The notes under the pieces: model-generated
The model's input: the letters and a program-made list of their open reading frames with translations, nothing else
The model's database searches: none
Told to the model about the DNA's origin: nothing
In this document: positions 51,944 through 60,126 of the stretch, in pieces
How positions within the stretch are numbered: position 1 is the first letter of the stretch
Layout: each line of letters starts with the position of its first letter
Translations under genes and position numbers: made by a program
Origin: Escherichia coli
GTDB lineage: Bacteria > Pseudomonadota > Gammaproteobacteria > Enterobacterales > Enterobacteriaceae
Reading direction: 5' to 3' (one strand)
DNA: 64,000 nucleotides
Assembly (NCBI RefSeq): GCF_044324785.1
Contig: NZ_CP172127.1

Positions 51944-52831
51944 TTATTCACCGCGCAGGATCTGGCGGAAATGGGAAACCAGCGGACGTTGGTTGGCTTT
52001 ATGCCAGGCTGCCCATAATTGCGTTGAATAATTCATCCACGGCAATTCACGTAATACCACCCCTTCCGGCGCATTATGACGCAGACTATGTTGAATTAAG
52101 GCCAGACCTAATCCCGCAGCGACCAGACCTAATGCCGTGAGGGGTTCACCCGCTTCCAGGCGAATATCAGGATTAAACCCGGCGTTAACACAGGCGGCGA
52201 CAAAATGATCGCGAGAATGCGCATCGTCGTTATGAATCACCGCAATCCACTGCTCATCGCCAAGTTGTGACGCGACAAGGTTTTCCTCCTGCGCCAGAGG
52301 ATGATTTTGCGGTAAGGCCAACAACATTCGATCATCCAGAACCTGAATATATTCCAGATCCTGCTCGCTGTCGGCGGGCGGCGTATCGACCAGAGAAAAA
52401 TCGAGACTGCGCTGGCGCAGGCCTTCAATCTGGGTAGCCGGTGGTTGGCTGTAAAGTGCGATATGCACATTCGGACGCGATACACGTAACGTACGTAGCG
52501 CCGTAGAAAGCACACCGGAATGCATGGCGTTTTCGATATAGCCAATACACAAGCCACCATCTTCCCCCCGTCCCAGGCGTTTGCCTAACGACTCCAGGCG
52601 GTTGGCGTGTGTCAGCAACGAACGTGTTTCGGCAAGGAATGTCTGTCCATCAGCGGTCAGGCGAATGCGCTGCTGATTACGCTCAAACAGCGTCAGCCCC
52701 AGCCGTTCTTCCAGTTGTGCAATCTGGCGGCTCAGCGGTGATTGCGAGATATGTAATCGCTCGGCTGCGCGTCCCACGTGCTCTTCTTCTGCGACCACCA
52801 CGAAGTACTTCAGTTGGCGTAAATCAATCAT
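51944..52831 (-). CDS. LysR-family transcriptional regulator
   Basis: ORF 51944..52924; canonical LysR N-terminus from internal Met MIDLRQLKYFVVVAEEEHVGRAAERLHISQSPLSRQIAQLEERLG (295 aa); divergent from the adjacent oxidoreductase genes. Confidence 0.85.
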   Translation of the reverse strand: MIDLRQLKYFVVVAEEEHVGRAAERLHISQSPLSRQIAQLEERLGLTLFERNQQRIRLTADGQTFLAETRSLLTHANRLESLGKRLGRGEDGGLCIGYIENAMHSGVLSTALRTLRVSRPNVHIALYSQPPATQIEGLRQRSLDFSLVDTPPADSEQDLEYIQVLDDRMLLALPQNHPLAQEENLVASQLGDEQWIAVIHNDDAHSRDHFVAACVNAGFNPDIRLEAGEPLTALGLVAAGLGLALIQHSLRHNAPEGVVLRELPWMNYSTQLWAAWHKANQRPLVSHFRQILRGE

Positions 52832-52896
52832 GTTAGACCTCAAAGGACTTAAGTCAGACGAATTATGTCCTATCAAGTCACAACCTCGCAAGGTAT

Positions 52897-52912
52897 TGTG
52901 ATCCACGTCACA
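52897..52912. promoter_or_regulatory. Perfect TGTGA-N6-TCACA palindrome in the LysR/AKR divergent promoter region
   Basis: TGTGATCCACGTCACA in the 133-bp intergenic region; fits the CRP half-site consensus and also a T-N11-A LysR-type box. Confidence 0.3.
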
Positions 52913-52964
52913 GGGCGATAGCAAAAAAACGCCCTAACCCAAACCGAATAATTGAGGACATCTT

Positions 52965-53975
52965 ATGAGCATCAAAAATTTACTTCCCGGCAAAATTGGC
53001 TTAGGTGGCGCACCACTCGGCAACATGTTCCGTGCCATTCCGGAAGACGAGGCCCACGCCACCGTGAGCGAAGCCTGGAACCTGGGCGTGCGTTACTTTG
53101 ATACCGCGCCGCTGTACGGCTCTGGCCTTTCTGAAATCCGCATGGGTGAAGCGCTGTCTCAGTATCCACGCGATGAATACGTTCTGAGCAGCAAAGTCGG
53201 TCGCATCATGCTGGACGAAATGGAAGATCCGGCAAAACGTGATTTCGGTGAAAAAGGTGGCCTGTTCGAACACGGCCTGAAAAACAAAATTCTGAATGAC
53301 TACTCTGCTGACGCCACGCTGCGCTCGATTGAAGACAGCCTGAAACGCCTGAAAACAGACCGTCTGGATATTGTCTGGATCCATGACCCGGCGCAGGACT
53401 TCTACGGTGACAGCTGGCTGGAACAGTTCAACATTGCCCGTACCGGTGCGTTTCGTGCGCTGACGCGTTTGCGTGACGAAGGTGTGATTAAAGCCTGGGG
53501 ACTGGGTGTGAATCGCGTCGAACCTTGCGAACTGACGCTGGCGCTGGACGAACCGAAGCCGGATGCGTTCCTGCTGGCGGGGCGTTATTCCCTGCTGGAT
53601 CACGAACGTGCGCTGCAACGCCTGATGCCAGAAGCACTGGAACAGAACGTGGATATTGTTGTGGGCGGTCCGTACAGCTCTGGCGTACTGGCAGGCGGCG
53701 AGCACTTTGAATATCAGAAAGCTTCTGCGGCCATCCAGCAGAAAGTGGCGCAAATTAACACCATTGCCACACGTTTCAATGTGAACGTTAAAGCAGCTGC
53801 GCTGCAGTTCGCACTGGCAAACCCGGCCGTTGCGGCGGTTATTCCTGGCTCCAGCCGTCCTGGCCGTATGGCAGAAGATCTGGCTGCACTGAATGCGCCT
53901 GTTCCGGCTGAATTCTGGGCAGAAATGCGCCGTCAAAATCTGGTTGCGGAAAACGCTCCGCTGCCGACCCGTTAA
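52965..53975 (+). CDS. Aldo/keto reductase family oxidoreductase
   Basis: 336 aa, MSIKNLLPGKIGLGGAPLGNMF...YFDTAPLYGSG; AKR fold motifs. Confidence 0.85.
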   Translation: MSIKNLLPGKIGLGGAPLGNMFRAIPEDEAHATVSEAWNLGVRYFDTAPLYGSGLSEIRMGEALSQYPRDEYVLSSKVGRIMLDEMEDPAKRDFGEKGGLFEHGLKNKILNDYSADATLRSIEDSLKRLKTDRLDIVWIHDPAQDFYGDSWLEQFNIARTGAFRALTRLRDEGVIKAWGLGVNRVEPCELTLALDEPKPDAFLLAGRYSLLDHERALQRLMPEALEQNVDIVVGGPYSSGVLAGGEHFEYQKASAAIQQKVAQINTIATRFNVNVKAAALQFALANPAVAAVIPGSSRPGRMAEDLAALNAPVPAEFWAEMRRQNLVAENAPLPTR

Positions 53976-53994
53976 TCAACCTGGTGAGAAAACG

Positions 53995-54792
53995 ATGAAA
54001 CTGGATCTGACAGGTAAAGTCGCGGTAGTCAGCGGCTCAACCTCCGGCATTGGGCAGGGTATCGCCGCCGGACTGGCAAAAGCAGGCGCAACGGTGGTTG
54101 TCGTCGGCCGTAAACAGCGCGGCGTTGATGACGCCATGGCTGCGATTGCGGCACAAACTCCCACGGCGTCACTGCGTGGCGTGGTGGCCGACCTCAGCAC
54201 CGAAGACGGCGTGGCTGCGCTGATCGCTGCAGTCCCAACGGCTGATGTGCTGGTCAATAATCTGGGCATTTTTAACGATAAAGATTTCTTTAGCGTTCCG
54301 GATGATGAGTGGATGCACTTCTATAACGTCAACGTCCTCTCCGGCGTTCGTCTGGCGCGTCACTATGCGCCAGGCATGACGGAACAGGGCTGGGGGCGGA
54401 TTATCTTTGTCTCGTCCGAATCCGGCGTGGCAATCCCTGGCGACATGATCAACTACGGCGTCACCAAAGCCGCGAATCTGGCGGTTTCTCATGGTCTGGC
54501 GAAACGACTGGCGGGGACCGGTGTGACCGTCAACGCCATTCTGCCAGGGCCAACCTTTACCGATGGCCTGAAAGAGATGCTGGCGGATGCCGCTGCACAA
54601 TCGGGACGCAGTGCGCGTGAACAGGCCGATGAGTTTGTTAAAACCTCGCGTCCGAGCTCCATCATCCAGCGTGCGGCGGATGTGGAAGAAGTGGCGAATC
54701 TGGCGGTTTATCTCGCGTCACCGCTTTCCTCGGCAACCACAGGGGCAGCCCTGCGCGTCGATGGTGGCGTCGTCGACACCCTGACTATGTAA
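53995..54792 (+). CDS. Short-chain dehydrogenase/reductase (SDR)
   Basis: ORF 53893..54792; start MKLDLTGKVAVVSGSTSGIGQGIA (TGxxxGxG Rossmann motif) preceded by GGTGAG; 265 aa. Confidence 0.85.
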   Translation: MKLDLTGKVAVVSGSTSGIGQGIAAGLAKAGATVVVVGRKQRGVDDAMAAIAAQTPTASLRGVVADLSTEDGVAALIAAVPTADVLVNNLGIFNDKDFFSVPDDEWMHFYNVNVLSGVRLARHYAPGMTEQGWGRIIFVSSESGVAIPGDMINYGVTKAANLAVSHGLAKRLAGTGVTVNAILPGPTFTDGLKEMLADAAAQSGRSAREQADEFVKTSRPSSIIQRAADVEEVANLAVYLASPLSSATTGAALRVDGGVVDTLTM

Positions 54793-54817
54793 CCCTATAA
54801 ATTAAGAGAAAATTATC

Positions 54818-55234
54818 ATGGCTAAAACAACTGTATCGATCGAAATTCCGGCTTCTGCCGACGCCGTATGGCAATTGATGGGCGGCTTTGATGCGCTGCC
54901 AGACTGGCTGCCGTTCATCCCGAAAAGCGTGGTGACAGAAGGCGGTCGCGTTCGTTCGCTGACAACCTCTGACGGCGGCACTGTGGTTGAACGTCTGGAA
55001 GCGTTTGATAACCGTCAACGCAGTTATACCTATTCCATTATTCAAGCACCGTTCCCAGTGGTGGATTACCTCTCCACCATTACCGTTCATGAAACCGCCG
55101 ACAGCCAGGTTTCCCGTGTGGAATGGTTCGGTGAATTCACCCCGGTGAATGTGACGAACGAAGAGGCCGAAGCGCTGTTTACCGGCATCTATCGGGATGG
55201 TCTCAAGGCGCTGAAGGACAACTTTGTTGCCTGA
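54818..55234 (+). CDS. SRPBCC-superfamily (polyketide cyclase / Bet v1-like) protein
   Basis: 138 aa; family assignment from overall sequence character, moderate certainty. Confidence 0.6.
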   Translation: MAKTTVSIEIPASADAVWQLMGGFDALPDWLPFIPKSVVTEGGRVRSLTTSDGGTVVERLEAFDNRQRSYTYSIIQAPFPVVDYLSTITVHETADSQVSRVEWFGEFTPVNVTNEEAEALFTGIYRDGLKALKDNFVA

Positions 55235-55391
55235 TGCAATCGACAGGCGTCGGAACGTCCGGCGTCTGATTATTAACAAAAGCAGAATAGTCTATTGTCA
55301 TTTGTATCATTTATGTTATCAGGCAGCAGGCGTATTCTCTTCCCATCGCGTTAATAAACGCCAAACAATTAAGACACTCTGGAATATAAAC

Positions 55392-55604
55392 ATGAAAACG
55401 ATCATCGCAATTTTTACGGCTTCTCTTTTCTCTGTCGCGGCGTTTAACGCATCGGCGCAAAGCGTGACAGCAACCGGTACAACACTGGATTCTGCGGAAG
55501 CAGTTATTGCGCAGAAAGCGAAAGAGATGAACGCCTCTGAATACAAAATCACCAGCGCTCGCATGGGCAATACCGTCACCATGAGTGCCGAACTGTACAA
55601 ATAA
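55392..55604 (+). CDS. DUF1471 (YdgH/BhsA/McbA-like) small secreted stress protein
   Basis: 70-aa frame MKTIIAIFTASLFSVAAFNASAQSV...ASEYKITSARMGNTVTMSAELYK; signal peptide and family-typical C-terminus. Confidence 0.7.
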   Translation: MKTIIAIFTASLFSVAAFNASAQSVTATGTTLDSAEAVIAQKAKEMNASEYKITSARMGNTVTMSAELYK

Positions 55605-55628
55605 CCGCGCAAGGGACCCATTACGTAA

Positions 55629-55838
55629 TTTGCTAAATATGCGCTGAATGCGTTGCCATTAAAAAACCGTATTGTAATGCCACCGATGACACGTTCCCGT
55701 GCGGGTGACGTTGCGACTGACATGATGGCGGACTATTACGCGCAGCGCGCTAGTGCAGGACTTATCATCAGCGAAGGTACGCAAATCAGCAGAAGCGCTG
55801 CGCATAATTTTCCACGGCCCGCTGATTTACTCCGGTAA
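55629..55838 (+). pseudogene. Remnant of an Old-Yellow-Enzyme (NemA-like) NADH:flavin oxidoreductase gene
   Basis: Frame encodes PLKNRIVMPPMTRSR...MMADYYAQRASAGLIISEGTQIS, resembling an OYE N-terminus, then loses similarity and stops; no in-frame ATG. Confidence 0.55.
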
Positions 55839-55916
55839 ATAGACCAAAGCGCGCGCAGAAGCGGACTGTCAGATTTGATTGCATTCTGGCTACGCAACTG
55901 GTCGGTTGGAGTATGA

Positions 55917-56677
55917 AGCACCGAATATCAGAAACGTAACGAAACCAACGAACTGTTTATTCCACCTGGACCGTGTCTGGGCGACAAAGTGCTGGAAGTC
56001 AGCAACCTGCGTAAATCCTATGGCGATCGTCTGCTGATTGACTCCCTGAGCTTCTCGATCCCGAAAGGAGCGATCGTCGGGATCATCGGTCCGAACGGTA
56101 CGGGCAAATCGACGTTGTTCCGTATGATCTCTGGTCAGGAACAGCCGGACAGCGGCACCATCACTCTGGGTGAAACGGTGAAACTGGCATCGGTTGATCA
56201 GTTCCGTGACTCAATGGATAACCGCAAAGCCGTTTGGGAAGAAGTTTCCGGCGGGCTGGATATCATGAAGATCGGCAACACCGAGATGCCAAGCCGCGCC
56301 TACGTTGGCCGCTTTAACTTTAAGGTAAACGCGTTGGTGAACTTTCCGGTGGTGAGCGCGGTCGTCTGCATCTGGCGAAGCTGCTGCAGGTTGGCGGCAA
56401 CATGCTGCTGCTCGACGAACCAACTAACGACCTGAATATCGAAACCCTGCGCGCGCTGGAAAACGCCCTACTGGAGTTCCCGGGCTGTGCGATGGTTATC
56501 TCGCACGACCGTTGGTTCCTCGACCGTATCGCCACGCACATCCTGGACTACCAGGATGAAGGTAAAGTTGAGTTCTTCGAAGGTAACTTTACCGAGTACG
56601 AAGAGTACAAAAAACGCACGCTGGGCGCAGACGCGCTGGAGCCGAAGCGTATCAAGTACAAGCGTATTGCGAAGTAA
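55917..56677 (+). pseudogene. Truncated, frameshifted second copy of the ettA 3' half
   Basis: Matches ettA from about 51015 onward with scattered substitutions and a 13-bp deletion near 56320 that breaks the frame; no 5' half. Confidence 0.85.
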
Positions 56678-56776
56678 TGCGTAAAATGCCGGGTGCGGCG
56701 CGCCAGCATCGCATCCGGTATTAGTTAAATGATTAATGGGAGGCAAGTTCCCGGAAAAAGGCAGGATTTTCTTTAA
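55917..56776. repeat. Direct repeat copy B (ettA' + REP + 3' end of intact antitoxin gene)
   Basis: Counterpart of 51015..51876. Confidence 0.8.
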
Positions 56777-57017
56777 TTGTGGCAAGTACTTTTGCAGCCA
56801 ATCCCGTAGGATTTCTTCGCTTCGATTCCCAGCTTTTAATGGTATCCACACTGGTTCCCAGAGCTTTTGCCATCTCACTTTGAGAAACGTTGAGTTGCTC
56901 ACGAATAGCTTTAACATCCGCAATTTCGTAGCGGGTCACCCGTGCAGGTTCTTTTAAACCTTGTTTAATCTCGACAGCCTCTTCCAGAGAGGTTTTCAAC
57001 TCATCAAAAAAACTCAT
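56733..57017 (-). CDS. HTH (XRE-like) antitoxin of a type II toxin-antitoxin pair
   Basis: 94 aa; C-terminal helix-turn-helix (LNVSQSEMAKALGTSVDTIKSWE); start 1 bp after the toxin stop. Confidence 0.7.
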   Translation of the reverse strand: MSFFDELKTSLEEAVEIKQGLKEPARVTRYEIADVKAIREQLNVSQSEMAKALGTSVDTIKSWESKRRNPTGLAAKVLATIKENPAFFRELASH

Positions 57018-57018
57018 T

Positions 57019-57351
57019 TTATACCTCGCCTTTGAGCAGTTTCGTCAACTTCTTTAGTTGAGCTTTTTCCGTATCTGTCAGACTATCTTTGGCATTTTTC
57101 GGATAGGCCATAATCAAATAAATAATCTCTTCCGTCGCCAGAAAGTAAATTATTCTGACACTGCCACTTTTTCCCTGTGAACCCGCAGCCATTCGGACTT
57201 TACGCAATCCACCAGTCTGCTGAATGAGATCACCTTTATCGGGAGTTCCGATGAGTTCTTTTTGTAATTCCTTTAATTCATCATCGGTTGCAATCTGCTT
57301 GATCTGACGCGTAAACATTGGCGTCTCTATAAATATTATCGCCTTGCCCAT
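57019..57351 (-). CDS. RelE/ParE-superfamily (HigB-like) toxin, putative
   Basis: ORF 57019..57429; likely start MGKAIIFIETPMF preceded by GGGAGG (about 110 aa); toxin-first gene order. Confidence 0.6.
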   Translation of the reverse strand: MGKAIIFIETPMFTRQIKQIATDDELKELQKELIGTPDKGDLIQQTGGLRKVRMAAGSQGKSGSVRIIYFLATEEIIYLIMAYPKNAKDSLTDTEKAQLKKLTKLLKGEV

Positions 57352-57366
57352 CCCCCCTCCCTGGCA

Positions 57367-57399
57367 GGTACATTGTACACCGAAATGGAGTACTAAGTA
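57367..57399. promoter_or_regulatory. Paired GTAC-containing palindromes upstream of the toxin gene (candidate operator)
   Basis: GTACATTGTAC and GTACTAAGTAC about 20 bp apart, 16-48 bp upstream of the proposed toxin start. Confidence 0.3.
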
Positions 57400-57442
57400 C
57401 ACTTTTGAATTAGTAATCCCACTCAACATCTTATAAAGATGA

Positions 57443-58675
57443 TTATCCCTGCTCCCCCATCATCTCCCGCACCAGCTCCACACAGCGCAGGAAACGGCTG
57501 TCGTAATCGTCCTCTTCAACCCGCACAAATTCGATATTGTTCTCTTCCAGCATCTCTACCAGCAAGTTCTGGAACTCTTTGCGATCCACCGAACTACCGA
57601 GGCTGCGTAAACCATCCGCCACCCACGGGGTGTTGTTCTCCAGCAAGATAACCAGATCAAAACGGTATTCATCGATCAGCGCCTGCACGAACGGATGCTC
57701 CCGCCCTTCGTACTTTTTGCAGAACGCCTGGGTAGTGACAAAATCAGTGTCGATAAACGCCACTTTATTGGCATATTTCACTGCAAAATCAATGTATTGA
57801 GCGTGTCCCAGCGCGATTTTATCGTAGTCGGAATACTGCAATGCGATCTCATCACCGCCAAGGTGTGAAAAGACATAATCGCGACCATATTCCCATGCAC
57901 TGGTAGTGTTGAAGATATTAGCAAGTTTGTTTACCAGGGTGGATTTACCGCTCGACTCGCCGCCAAGGATCGCCACGGTACGCACAAAGAACGGCTTCAC
58001 TTCGGTGGGAATATATTCCCAGTAGCGGAACGGGTTTTCGCGGATCTGCGCACCGCTGATACTCATAAAGGTACGCTTCGGATCGACCAGCACCGTCTCG
58101 ATCCCCAGATGTTCCATATACTGTGGCGCATCGGCTTCTTCCGAGGTGTAGATCAGGTCCGGCTGGATCCCCTTTTCAGCCATAAACTTTTTGATGCCGT
58201 TGCTCCACACATCCCAGCCGTGCGGATATGGCTCCATGCCCTCTTCGTTGAAAGCATGAATACGGATATTTTTCTGATATTTAAAGGTTTGCAATAACCA
58301 GCGCAGACGATCCGGCACGGTGGGCTGCTGCGACATGGCGCTGTCTTCAAACAACGCGCGGTCGCGGGTATCGTCAAAACCCATAATGATATGCAGCTCG
58401 TCAACCTGGCTACAGGCGCGCTGGATAAGGTAGATATGTCCGGTATGTAGCGGGTAGAACTTACCGAATACGACACCAATGGTTTTCTTCTGTCGGGGAA
58501 ATTCAAGCCCCAAAAAACGGTGCAACGCCTCCAGTTTTTGCGCGCTGGGGCTTTTAATTTTGGCATTCAGTAACTGGCTTAAATACCCTTTGGTCATACC
58601 GCTGGCATCAGCTACCTGCTGTAGCGTGCAGCCCTGTTGCTTGATGGCAGTTTTCAGGTAATCAAATGACGACAT
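57443..58675 (-). CDS. nadR: Trifunctional NAD biosynthesis/regulator protein NadR
   Basis: ORF 57443..58696; NadR from MSSFDYLKTAIKQQGCTLQQVADASGMTKGYLSQLL (410 aa). Confidence 0.95.
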   Translation of the reverse strand: MSSFDYLKTAIKQQGCTLQQVADASGMTKGYLSQLLNAKIKSPSAQKLEALHRFLGLEFPRQKKTIGVVFGKFYPLHTGHIYLIQRACSQVDELHIIMGFDDTRDRALFEDSAMSQQPTVPDRLRWLLQTFKYQKNIRIHAFNEEGMEPYPHGWDVWSNGIKKFMAEKGIQPDLIYTSEEADAPQYMEHLGIETVLVDPKRTFMSISGAQIRENPFRYWEYIPTEVKPFFVRTVAILGGESSGKSTLVNKLANIFNTTSAWEYGRDYVFSHLGGDEIALQYSDYDKIALGHAQYIDFAVKYANKVAFIDTDFVTTQAFCKKYEGREHPFVQALIDEYRFDLVILLENNTPWVADGLRSLGSSVDRKEFQNLLVEMLEENNIEFVRVEEDDYDSRFLRCVELVREMMGEQG

Positions 58676-58695
58676 ATCTCCCTCCGTATCTCTCA

Positions 58696-60078
58696 TTATA
58701 AGTCGTCGAACACGCTAAGCGCGTCGGAGAGTTTTTTAACGCCAAAAATCTGCATCCCTTCCGGCGCTTTTTTCGGCACGTTAGCCGCCGGAACAATCGC
58801 CCGGCGAAAACCGTGTTTCGCCGCTTCAGAGATTCGTTCCTGACCGCTGGGCACCGGGCGGATCTCCCCTGCCAGCCCGACTTCACCAAACACCACCAGA
58901 TCCTGTGGCAGCGGTCTGTCGCGCAGGCTGGAAACCATCGCCAGCAGTAACGCTAAGTCGGCGCTGGTTTCGGTTACCTTCACGCCGCCGACCACGTTCA
59001 CAAACACATCCTGATCGGCCATTTGCAGACCACCGTGACGGTGCAAGACAGCCAGCAGGATTGCCAGACGGTTTTGTTCCAGCCCCACTGCCACGCGGCG
59101 CGGATTCGCCATCATCGAGTGATCGACCAGCGCCTGAATCTCCACCAGCAACGGACGCGTTCCTTCCCACACCACCATCACTGAGCTACCGGAGGTCACT
59201 TCATCACCGCGGCTTAAAAAGATGGCGGAAGGGTTGCTGACTTCACGCAGCCCCTGTTCGGTCATCGCGAAGACGCCCAGCTCATTCACCGCGCCGAAGC
59301 GGTTTTTATGGCTGCGTAAGGTGCGAAAACGGGAGTCGGCATCGCCATCCAGAAGCACCGAACAGTCAATACAGTGTTCCAGCACTTTAGGGCCAGCCAG
59401 CGAACCATCTTTGGTTACGTGCCCAACCATGACAATCGCCACGCCGCGCGTTTTGGCGAAGCGCGTCAGATAAGCCGCCGTTTCACGCACCTGCGCCACG
59501 CTGCCAGGCGATGATTGTACATCCGCCATATGCATCACCTGAATGGAGTCAATTACCATCAGCTTCGGTTGCTCTTCTTCGGCAATCAGGCAGATTTGCT
59601 CGATGCTGGTTTCCGACAACATATTGAGATTGTCAGTCGGCAGGCCAAGGCGATGAGCGCGCATTGCCACCTGTTGCAGCGACTCTTCGCCGGTGACATA
59701 CAGCGTTTTCATCTGCTGCGCCAGTTTGCACAGCGTTTGCAGCAACAGCGTGGATTTCCCCGCACCTGGGTTACCGCCAATCAGAATGGCGCTTCCCGGC
59801 ACCACCCCGCCGCCTAATACGCGGTCGAACTCTTTAAATCCGGTGGAAAAACGCGGCAGCTCTTCAAGGCTGATGTCGGAAAGTTTCTGGACTTTTGCCA
59901 CCCCGGCGCTACCGGCATAGCCACTGAGACGCTCGTTACGCGCCACCGTTGGTGACGCGGCAAGACGCACCTCGGTGATGGTGTTCCAGGCATGACAGGC
60001 ACTGCACTGTCCCTGCCAGCGCGGATAATCGGCCCCGCATTCATTACAAACAAAGGCGCGTTTTGGAGCTTTTGCCAC
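58696..60078 (-). CDS. radA: DNA repair protein RadA (Sms)
   Basis: ORF 58696..60126; probable GTG start giving (M)AKAPKRAFVCNECGADYPRWQGQCSAC; Walker A GNPGAGKST. Confidence 0.95.
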   Translation of the reverse strand: MAKAPKRAFVCNECGADYPRWQGQCSACHAWNTITEVRLAASPTVARNERLSGYAGSAGVAKVQKLSDISLEELPRFSTGFKEFDRVLGGGVVPGSAILIGGNPGAGKSTLLLQTLCKLAQQMKTLYVTGEESLQQVAMRAHRLGLPTDNLNMLSETSIEQICLIAEEEQPKLMVIDSIQVMHMADVQSSPGSVAQVRETAAYLTRFAKTRGVAIVMVGHVTKDGSLAGPKVLEHCIDCSVLLDGDADSRFRTLRSHKNRFGAVNELGVFAMTEQGLREVSNPSAIFLSRGDEVTSGSSVMVVWEGTRPLLVEIQALVDHSMMANPRRVAVGLEQNRLAILLAVLHRHGGLQMADQDVFVNVVGGVKVTETSADLALLLAMVSSLRDRPLPQDLVVFGEVGLAGEIRPVPSGQERISEAAKHGFRRAIVPAANVPKKAPEGMQIFGVKKLSDALSVFDDL

Positions 60079-60126
60079 GGTGTACCTCGTTAATGCTGTG
60101 CCGCCCGCAGGATGACGGGCGAGCAA

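Noticed and set aside
51840-52031. 63-aa plus-strand ORF spanning the repeat A boundary and LysR terminator
   Set aside because: Crosses a junction and a terminator hairpin and overlaps the LysR gene 3' end on the opposite strand; no supporting signals.
55917-56677. Possible second functional ABC-F (ettA paralog) gene
   Set aside because: Lacks the whole N-terminal ABC domain and start region, and has a 13-bp frame-breaking deletion; called as a pseudogene remnant instead.
57352-57429. Longer N-terminal extension of the toxin ORF (start at 57429)
   Set aside because: Would leave no room for a promoter before nadR and gives an atypical Cys-rich leader; the internal Met at 57351 has a GGGAGG ribosome-binding site and gives a typical ~110-aa toxin.
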